A stretch of 64,000 nt of DNA from Ruditapes philippinarum (Eukaryota). The notes beneath the pieces are model-generated. The model worked only from the letters and a program-made list of their open reading frames with translations, did no database searches and had not been told where the DNA came from. Every line of letters starts with the position of its first letter. Position 1 is the stretch's first letter. Of this stretch, positions 54,001-64,000 are shown one piece after another. The position numbers were made by a program, and so were the translations under genes. Location: contig NW_026865473.1 in assembly GCF_026571515.1 (NCBI RefSeq), positions 1 through 64,000 of the forward strand, given 5' to 3'.

Positions 54001-55168
54001 ATTCATTTTACAATAGGGGCAAATAATTTCGATGTGTTCACCGTTTAATTAAAAATTTTATTCGAACCCTTTGCCCTACATGGTTGATGATAAAGGTCGT
54101 TTATGACTCTTTCATCAATTAGATAATTTGTCTTTTGTTCTTTTTAAGAAACTTCTCTTCTGAGATTTCCCAAAATGCCCATTTCCAAAAGGGCATGCTA
54201 ACATTTGTCTTGCTGCATTACACATTCGTAATAATTCTTTGCATACTTTGAATGAATCACATAATAAATTAAGTTTTATGTCCGTTCGAGATTTTTGTTT
54301 TGCTTATTAGTCAGATCAGTTGTATAATGCCATTGTTCATCACTGATTTTTTGTTTCTACTTGACTGGTCTTGCAAGTGTAAAGTGAAAGACTTAATATA
54401 GAACGGGATAATTTACAACATCATACAGAATCATTATAGAAAATAATTATCACATTTTAGTTTTCATATAAGGAATTACCTTATGCCATTGAGTCATAAG
54501 ATAAATATTTGTTTTAAGTTATATGGGAACTGGTCATTTGTTTAGATAACGGACAAATCCGTCTTCTGGTGCAAATCGTAATGTTACCATGACAAGAAAT
54601 ACACCGACTAGAGTTTTGCATTTTATTTTTGTATCAACAGATGAAATATTATTTGCATTAATGTACAAATAGCATATTTTAACTTACTTGATTGTTTTTT
54701 GTCGTATAAAACACCGCAACAACAACGCGATTCAAACATTTGCAAATTCCCATGTATCATTCCTGAAGCATTTTTGTTTTGATGATGTATACATATTTGC
54801 ACGTGCTTATGCTTAAGGACGCAAAGGAGCGATTTCAATAAGCTGCAAGCTCTTACCACGCTCGAATCTTTATTAAATTAATTCAACTAATGAACATGTA
54901 TTTAATTATATACTGTTTATAATGATGGCATTGCGTTTAAAGATGCTAACACGTGTGAAAAAACTCATTCAGTATAATTTACATATTAATGGGGACAGAA
55001 ATGTATCATATGTACAACAAGCATGCATTGTGTATCAATAAAATAATGTGTGAATAAAGGAATATAAAAATTAAATAATTATTTAATTTATTTATTTCTT
55101 TATGTGGTTCATTCATTATATAGCCTTTTGCCGTTATGTTGTTCTTTTTGGTGGAAATTAAAAATGAT

Positions 55169-55240
55169 AGGGGACACCCGGGTTCGAACCAGGGACCTCT
55201 CGATCTGCAGTCGAATGCTCTACCACTGAGCTATATCCCC
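55169..55240 (-). tRNA. trnC-GCA: tRNA-Cys(GCA), copy 5 (T-stem U51-G63 variant)
   Basis: Identical to copy 4 (change at 55191); T5 terminator; TATA-like TTTATAAAG about 30 nt upstream. Confidence 0.97.
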
Positions 55241-57982
55241 TTGTTATCTATCAAATGTCTTTATCTCTTTATAAACGTTTATCTTTACTATTGTAACACA
55301 TGTTGTCTTGATTAAATTAATGCTATCGATTTCCTCATAGATAGCATTAATACTTGCTGTAAACCAATTTCTGTAATTATTATCATCATATTTCGCATTA
55401 ACCTTTTACTTGCTAGTACTGTTAAGAACAAAAAATGGCCATGTTCAGTTTTATTTATGAACAATGAAATGGCCATGTTGTTTTCTAACAATCTGAACTA
55501 CCAAAGATAAATATGCACAGATAACGAGTTTACCACATTTAAACCAATATTGACACATCAAAAGCATTAGATAGGATTGTTAACTTCTAACATTCTCAAG
55601 GCACTAACAAGGTTTTGAACAACATACCTCCCAATTACTTGGCGGATATTTTACCATGTCGCTAAAAAGCTAACCAAACAGAATGGCTGTTGGCAGTCGA
55701 ATGAACCTAATGGTATTATTATTTGTGCAAATGAGAGGCAACGCTTCGAATATGAATGTTTTATGTAATTTAGGCAAATGAAACTTGCGTTCATTGAACG
55801 CCGCCTTTCCTTGATGATCTTCTTTATCATATTTGATGTTATAAGTATTGATCAGTAAAAGTTATATTCCATGTTTTTTTTTTATCTTTTGCAAACCAAA
55901 CCATTTTGTAAGCTTTTCATTAGCATTTAAATGCAAATATGCTTATCTGATGGTGTTTGCAGCAACTTGTAAAGTGTCACAGAGGTCCTTTCTGTATGCT
56001 CGTGGTCTGCACGGTTTGCTATTCATTTGGCACATGTGCACACTTTGAAAATTTCCCTGAAACGATGAATGGTATGTTTAGATTGGAAGATGACTATGAC
56101 CATGTAAAGTATTTAGTGTTCATATATAAGGTGATAAATAATTTTAGACTTTTGCACACAAAAAATACTATATGTGGGAAGATACATTCCATCAACATAA
56201 CATGCTGTAAATGATAAAAGAAATTTGGTTTGATATAGTTCATAAAAGCAAATAAGATATGTTATAATGTTTTGGTTTTTCTTTTTTTTTTTCGGATTAT
56301 CTGCATTCAATTGTGTAAAATTGCAAATAATTGCTTTATTTATATGACAATTTGTAAAATGTTCTGATAAAAAATGAGACCTGAATATTGGCTGAACCAT
56401 CGTACTTAGTTTGACATAAAGTGTAATTGGCTTTATAATGTAAGAAAATAATTTGATCTTGTGATTTTCTCCCCTGAAGATATACATATCAATCAGATTG
56501 GTGTGATTTTATGAATTCAAATATATCTGTGAATGCACTTTTGTAATCCTGAAAAAATCTCTTTCACTAGTTTGAAACCTTAGGGCTTTTGATTACTAAC
56601 TAGTCGGACAATCAACCACGTCGTTAATGGACTAACACAACAGCAAGGCTGTTAGAAAGCTCATGTACCTGTTCTCATCACGATGCTTCCAACTTTATTT
56701 GACAGTGCAAATCGGAAGCAACGCGTCAGCTACTCAGCTTCCAACACAGTATATAACTTCGAAAATACCGCATGATAATGCATTTTTACTTTTCTCTTAA
56801 CGGAATGCTCAACGCACTGTCATAATCTTTCTTTCCTATAACAGTCACCTTAGAAGCACACGCACATTTTTGTTTAATTTTTGTAGCTGTAATTAAAAAT
56901 ATGAAAAGTCCAGACTTGCGGAACTAATCCAGGTCGCGTAATGGTTAACCATAAAGCAAGACTGCTTGGAGAGACCTGTGCCTTTAATAACTACACCGCA
57001 AAACATGTTATTAATTTTAAAACCAAGGTAAAATGTAAATTAGTTGCTCGTCTGTTGAACAAATACTAGTTTGAAAAATAACTATGTTCAGCGATACAAC
57101 CGTTATCTGAAAGCATGAGATAACACTTAGCCTGCTGCCGGCAACATATTCTATCCATGCGACCACTAATATCTCAACATGATGACCAAGGTCGGCCGAA
57201 ACCTCCGCCCTGCTTGATTACAGATTGCAAATTGTGTTAAAAGTGAAATGCTTTTTTATTCTTGGGTATGTTTACACAAAACAAAAATGATTTTACTTTC
57301 TGGAAGAACAACGTAAGCAAATGATCTGGCATTTAACGCACTCGTATTTGGCTAAGACAATATAATGGTACACATGTACTAACGTTTCGAAAAAATAATT
57401 CCACTCCCGTGATGCCAAAAGACCTCAGTCATATCTCTTGGGGGATTGAATAATTCTTATACAGTCGATAATAATCTTTATATTTTGAGGTCACACACGC
57501 AGAAAACTGTCTCTATTTTTGGTTTTTCATCATGATATAGTATACGAAGATATCAGACACATATCTTAGATTGTCGCCTAGATTTAATATGTCATTAAGC
57601 CATATATAATGTTCACAAAACCTTACTTTTCTTAAAGGTGTTTCATAATTGACAAGAAGTACTTGATGATGTTGTTTATGAAGTAGAAATTTTAATCAGA
57701 TTGTCTTTACTAATACTGCTTGAAGAGGAAGTAATTATATAACTCTAATTGATCATATAGAAATAGAATTACTACATTGTAATAAGTTTGTCCTCTTTTG
57801 GTGTCTCATTAATTTCAATATTGTTATTTTAACTAATGAACTTGTATAATTTGATATGATAACGTTAACAATTTGCTAAAAACCGTATTGACAATCAGAA
57901 CGTATTTATTACTAGGAAAAATAGTAAATAGTAAAAAACAAAATGAATAACAAGAAAAAAAAGAAGTCCGACAAAGATATTT

Positions 57983-58175
57983 GAGCCGCGTCATGACAAA
58001 ACCAACATAATGGGTTTGCGACCAGCATGTATCCAGACCAGCCTGCGCATCCGCGCAGTCTGATCAGGATCCATGCTGTTCGCTTACCAACTCTATAACT
58101 AGTAGAGAAACCGATAGCGAACAGCATGGATCCTGATCAGACTGCGCGGATGTTGGTTTTGTCATGACGCGGCTC
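57983..58175. mobile_element. MITE with GAG…CTC termini and 4-bp TSD (Sola-like)
   Basis: Perfect 26-bp TIR gagccgcgtcatgacaaaaccaacat, ATTT on both sides, internal 37-bp inverted repeat; empty site gagatttaat in unit D (~53360). Confidence 0.85.
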
Positions 58176-59178
58176 ATTTAATATTTTCAAGAGTCTATGA
58201 TATATAGTTACAATGTCCATTGGCTTCGAAACTGAATGCTTCGCCTTTTTTCTTCATTTTTCATCAATTAGGTAAAAATACAAAATTAAATGTCTTTATT
58301 TTTTATACATGTATCTTCTTTGTTCTTGTTATTTATCTGATATTCAATTTTTCTATCAAGTAATTGTTGGATTTTACTTGTACTGGTCATTTGAGGTAAT
58401 TAATTTCGAAACTGTTCAATTCTGTACTATCAGAAGATACTTAAGTGCAAATAAACGATTTTATCATTTTATGGAATGTGTTTGTTTGGTTGATTTATTT
58501 TCCCTCTTTGTTTAAAGTTTTCGTGAAATTTAAAGGTTGTCTTCTGTATTATTGAACAATGTTTACTTATTGTTTTCGTCACATATTAGATTAAAATCTT
58601 ATGAATATATTCCAATGTATTCTGTGCTCTTGTTTGAGTTCTAGTTTAAGGTTCCTTTGTCTTATGCTATTGAAAAAAACAATATTATCAGTAATTTTAG
58701 TTATTAAATTTCAGTTATCAAATGAAACAGGACATATGATATGATAAGTTGACAGGGTTCAAGATTTGCTTTAAACACAATAACATTAATTGCAGCTTTT
58801 TTGTGTGTTTGTTAATATTCGTACTCTATTGCTAATAACATAATGTCCTTGCACATGCAATAAGGATGAGGACTGTGTCCTTTTTCCAGTATGCTCGTAC
58901 AAATCGAAAGTTTGAAATGACTTAAAAACGCTGAGAAGAAACTTGCTGTGATTTTGGCTTATAATAATTTCAATTTTGTCGTTTTCGACTTTCTGTAGGG
59001 ATTCTTATATTTAAAAAAAGATAACGATTCAGTCATTAACAAACGCCCAACAAATATATTTTAATCATTTTTGTTGAATATACATGTTCGTTTGTTCATG
59101 CTTTGATGCAAATGCCTGCATTACGCTAATTATAGCCCCCTTATCTTGTTAGTTCTAAGTAATACAAATAAGAACATC

Positions 59179-59250
59179 AGGGGACACCCGGGTTCGAACC
59201 GGGGACCTCTCGATCTGCAGTCGAATGCTCTACCACTGAGCTATATCCCC
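59179..59250 (-). tRNA. trnC-GCA: tRNA-Cys(GCA), copy 6
   Basis: Consensus 72-nt sequence; TATA-like TTTTATAAAAA about 30 nt upstream; no T4 run close downstream. Confidence 0.96.
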
Positions 59251-62151
59251 TTCTTATTGTAAACAGGTCTTTTATCTTTTTATAAAACTGTCATTTGTAG
59301 TGTTTTACCACATGTTGCCTTTATCAAATTATTACTCTCGATTTCCACAAAAGTTAGCCAATAAACTTGCTTTAAACCAATTTCTGTTATGTTCATACTC
59401 TTATCACATTTCGTAATACTTTATTATTTCTATTCTTGTATTAAAACAATATAACTGGATATTGTTTTGCTATTTATACTCATGCATCTAACAAAATGAC
59501 TACTTACACTTCAAAGACAATGGATAGAGGTTGTAACCTAAATTATCCTCAGGCACTAGCTTGATTGTGAGCCTCAGACCTCTCAATTACTAGACAGATA
59601 TTCAACTATTCAACCACGTCGCAAAATTGTTTAAGTTTCAAGAACCTATTAACCCTTTAAAGACATTGGAGGAAATGTGTCCGCCAACATATTAATTTAA
59701 GCAGTCTGTTGCTGTTGTCGCTTCTGCTTCTTCTGCTGTCATTGCATAATCTCGTCATAATCTTATTAAGGAGAGTGTCAATTAAATGATAAAATGTCAG
59801 GCCAAAAATCATGATGTGAATTTCGTAAACAATGTGTTTTGTGTCTCAGATTGGACGGGTTGTTGAGCATGTAGATGTACCGATTTCATTTGAAATACTC
59901 TTCCCTTTTTGATAAAGATATATCTTTGTATCATCATGTAAGGATTTCTTAATAATTATTCTGACGTTTTAAAGTATGAAAAGCACCGAAGTTAAATGTA
60001 TACTATACCCATATTTGATGACTGCTCCTATTGACGTCATTATTTTATACAGTTACTTTTTTCAGAACCGCCAGCGTTGTGTTGGTAGTGCGTTTGCTCA
60101 TTTGATGCTACCCTATATGTCAGTAACGAATGCGTGTTACTTTTAATTAATTTAAAAGAAAATTCCATGTCAATGACTCATTTGTTTAACATTCCTACAG
60201 TGTATATGGCAGTAGATACGTGATGTGGAAATTGTGATCTTTCGTTTCATTTTCTCTTGCCTAGTTGTTATGTGAAACGTTTTGAATGAACATTTAGTCA
60301 GTTAAACTTTATTGTCATTATCACATACTGAAGCATGCTCTACATTTACATTTTCAAAAAGATTATATTCCAAACTTATTAACTATTATCTTAACAATCG
60401 CCTGCCACACGTTATGAACTTCATCTGGCATTCATTAGCGGCTAGGTTACATTAACGGTAGCTTGCAATTACCACTACTGTGCATGAACAGGCTAAATCA
60501 AATCGAGTCTACACCATTTTAATTTTACCGTGGCGTGCGTTTTTTTTCCTTCAATTTTCCATTTTTTATAAAAACTTGTTCCTTTTTTATAAAATTTAAT
60601 CTCAGATACTAGATATTTTTTATATGTTGCAATATTTCGAGAAACGCTTTCTTCCAGAAACGCATAAATTGCGTCTTGCTGCACTACTAATTGGTAAAAC
60701 TCTTTATATGGTTTGAAAGAATCATATAATAAACATGTTTAATTTCCGTCGGAGATTCTCTCTTTAATTTTTTTATGTGAATGATATATTATTCAATGAT
60801 AGAATACTTTTTTGTCTAATGTTTCTGATTGTACCTGACTAATCTCGCTTACAAGTTTAATGAAAAAATTGATATGACAATTTTATGTATTTAGTATATA
60901 AATCTATATTTGATGAATATGTTTATAAAACTTCAAAGATAATAAAATAATGTTGTTTTTACAAGCTATTGGTCGTTTCTTGAAAGATATATCGCATTGA
61001 ATATCAATGTAATTTATTATACATGAACATTGTATTTAGGTTAGGGTTAGGAACAAAATATTCTGCAACCATTTTAGTAGGTTTGACAATGATTTCACAC
61101 ATTGTATCTTATTATAAATAATTGGTATAGTAATATGTCTAATAGTCAACTTTTCTTATGACAGACAAAACCTTTACATTTGCTGAACCATTGACTGTCC
61201 GTACGCTTTGGATATATACTTTTATACCATTGGCTATATTTAAGATAAACGATATGATTATTTAAATCATATTAGGAAATAAGAAATGATAAACATTTTC
61301 ATCAATTTCATCTAATTTAAGAGCAAGTATTTTACATGCATCAAGATAGGTCCTCAAGTTTAGAAATCAAGAAAGTTAATGCTGATTATGTTTAATTTTT
61401 TATTCAGTGTTTCTTATATCTATACCGGAAAATACCTAATTGCAAATAAATTTCGATGGTAGAGATTTTAGTATTATAAGGAATTGTATTTGTGTGGTCT
61501 TTTTTTCGCCTCTTCCCAAATTTGTTTAGAGTATTCCTAACCCTTTAAAGGCTTCCGCTGTATGATTACACAATGTGATTTCCTTTGTTTCTTGTCAAAT
61601 TTAAGTCTTATTAATTTATTTCCAAGAATTGTGTCAACTTGTTTGAATTCTAGGTATTGAGTCTTTTCTCCTGTGCTGTTGAAAAACTTGTCAGTATTTA
61701 CAGTTATCAAATGAAATATTAGACCGACGGTATTTCACTTTAATGAGACAAGTTATCAATATCAGGTTTCATTACAAAAACATTATTTGCAAGAATTTCT
61801 TGTGATAGAGTTTATGTAGCTAAATAGCCTATTGCTATTGACACAATGGCCTTGCAAATGCAATATGGATAATGATTATGTCTTTCATACCAATCTGCTT
61901 GTGTGAATTGATTTTTTCTAATCATTATGATGAAATTAATTGAAAAGAAATTTGTGTGAGTTTGGCATCTTTCGTAATTACTTACATAAAAAGATGACGA
62001 ATTAGAAATAACCAGACGCGCATCAAATACATTTTAAGAATTTATGTTGTGGTGATATAAACATGTGTATTTGTTCTTGCTTTGACACAAAAGTGCGATA
62101 GCAGCTCTTACTGATGTAAGGTAGTTTCAGAGTGGTACAAATAAAAGTTTA

Positions 62152-62223
62152 AGGGGACACCCGGGTTCGAACCAGGGACCTCTCGATCTGCAGTCGAATG
62201 CTCTACCACTGAGCTATATCCCC
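62152..62223 (-). tRNA. trnC-GCA: tRNA-Cys(GCA), copy 7 (T-stem U51-G63 variant)
   Basis: 72-nt sequence with change at 62174; T4 downstream. Confidence 0.97.
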
Positions 62224-63527
62224 TTCTTACAATTGTCTTTATCGTTCTTTAAACTCTTATCTTTACTACTTCACCACATGTTGCCGTTATCAAATTAATA
62301 CTATCTATTTCCACAAAACAAGCCAATACACTAGCTTTAAACAAATTACTGTAATTATTGTCATCTTGTCACATTTTGCAATAGTTTATAACTTCTATTT
62401 TTGTCTTCAAAACAATATAATGAAGTATTGTTTTGCTATTGATTAGACGTTTATAAATAATGCACAATCAGAAATAAATATGCAGAGATAGCTCATAATT
62501 AATCTTGAATCAAGTTTACCATCAAAGAAATTAGATAGATGTGAATACATTATAAAAATATTGGCCTTAAAATGTTTGCAGGCATCATCTTGGTTTTGAG
62601 CCATAGACCTTTCGATTTCTAGGCGGACAGTTCAACCACGTCGCTCAATTGCTTACCCTAAAAGTAATGCTGTTGGAAGTCGCATGAACATATACCTTGG
62701 AGGAAATTTTTCCGCCTACTTGTTGAATTAAGCAGTATGTTATTGTTTCTGTTGCATCATCTTGTCATAATTGTCAACATACTGTCAATTGTCTTTTTTT
62801 AACGAATAGAGACGTTTCGAAATATGGTTAACACGCCAAGTATGCTATATTAAAATTATATGCGTCAATGACTTTCATTTTGTTATATTTTTTGTGGGTT
62901 TCTTTAATGTTGTAGAAGGTAATTCAGTTGAAGGTCATGGTTATCTAGTTACAATGAAACATGCTCTTCTAGTACATTTTTAACAAGAAAATATAAAATA
63001 AATGTATTGTGTCCGTTTGTTTGAATTCTAGTTCTTGGGTCTTTTCTCTTATGCTGTTAAAAAACATTGTCAGTATTTGTAATTATCGAATAAAATACTC
63101 GACAGTATTTTCAATATAATGAGACAAATTTTAAATATCAGGTTTCATTACTTAAACAGTATTATCAAGTATTTCCTGTGCTGTAGCTTAATACACTTTT
63201 GCCAAGGGCATGATGTCCTTGCAAATGCAATAAAGATGAAGAATGTGTCGTTTTTCTCGGTGTACTCGTGCAAATCAAAGTTTGCCATAACAGAAATACA
63301 TTGAAAAGAAATTTGTTGTGAATTTGGCATTTATCTTAATTAATTACATAAAAAATATGCCGAATCAGTTATCACCAGATGCCAATCAAACATATTTCAG
63401 CATTTATGTTGTGATGATATAAACATGTGTATTTGTTCTTGCTTTGACACAAAAGAGCGATAGCAAAAAAAAACTGTAAGCTCTTATTGTTGTGAGGAAG
63501 TTTCTGAGTGGTACAAATAAAAATTTA

Positions 63528-63599
63528 AGGGGACACCCGGGTTCGAACCGGGGACCTCTCGATCTGCAGTCGAATGCTCTACCACTGAGCTATATCCCC
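63528..63599 (-). tRNA. trnC-GCA: tRNA-Cys(GCA), copy 8
   Basis: Consensus 72-nt sequence; T5 downstream. Confidence 0.97.
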
Positions 63600-64000
63600 T
63601 TCTTAGCTTATAATTTATCGTTTTATGAACGTTTTATCTTTACTACTTTACCACATGTTGCCGTTATCAAATTAATACTATCGATTTCCACAAAACAAGC
63701 CATTATATCAGCTTTAAACAAATTACTGTAATTATTATCATCTTATCACATTTTTTCAATGATTATAACTTCTATTTTTGTCTTAAAATAATATAATGGA
63801 GTATTGTCTTGCTTTTGATAAAGTTTATACAGATGTTTCTGTCAAAAATAAATAAATCGTTCTTTAATATTTCCATTTTTGACAATTTTGTCTTGCTGCG
63901 CTAATTGGTAAAAATCTTTGCATGGTTTGATCGAAATCAGATAATTAAAATGTTTAATGTTTGTTACAGATATTTTCTCCGAATGGGAATGATAAAAATG

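Larger units (their letters stand above)
54098..58420 (+). repeat. tRNA-containing segmental unit E (sister of unit D)
   Basis: See unit D. Confidence 0.9.
58600..64000 (+). repeat. Three further diverged tRNA repeat units (copies 6, 7, 8); array probably continues beyond the window
   Basis: Homologous left flanks at ~58630, ~61640, ~63015 (ttgtttga.ttctag…gtccttgca.atgcaata) and homologous right flanks (ccacatgttgcc.ttatcaaatta). Confidence 0.88.

Noticed and set aside
61039-61051. Telomere-like ggttagggttagg
   Set aside because: Only two units; too short to be meaningful.
31323-63599. tRNA repeats as a CRISPR-like array or as SINE heads
   Set aside because: Spacers are kilobases long and mutually homologous; the repeats are complete tRNA genes, mostly ending in terminators, with no SINE body or tail.
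374-63731. ORF-track entries as protein-coding genes
   Set aside because: All are 138 aa or shorter, many with non-ATG starts and AT-biased composition; several just span N gaps, the microsatellite, MITEs or the tRNA (RGHPGSNRGPLDLQSNALPLSYIP is the antisense tRNA read as codons).

Overview
AT-rich eukaryotic DNA. The repeat families (Helentron-type HINEs, a tRNA-derived SINE, TIR MITEs) resemble those of bivalve molluscs; this is an inference. There are two small assembly gaps. No intact protein-coding gene can be supported, and the short ORFs in the track look incidental. The window holds two tandem arrays. (1) ~3.9-26.6 kb is a hierarchical array of three ~6-8 kb higher-order units (A, B, C). 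Each is built from older ~1.5-2.5 kb sub-units carrying recurring blocks that look like decayed minus-strand exons. Units A and B carry private transposon insertions (HINE and hAT MITE in A, piggyBac MITE in B), whose empty sites are visible in the sister units. (2) ~31.3-64 kb is an array of eight co-oriented, near-invariant tRNA-Cys(GCA) genes on the minus strand plus one fragment, in homologous but diverged 1.4-7.5 kb spacers. The only differences among the eight genes are CpG C>T changes that turn G-C pairs into G-U pairs. Also present: the 3' end of an RNase H-bearing LINE, a 4.4-kb TIR element packed with nested hairpin-type repeats just upstream of the first tRNA, a SINE, a Sola-like MITE and a decayed minimal hammerhead ribozyme.
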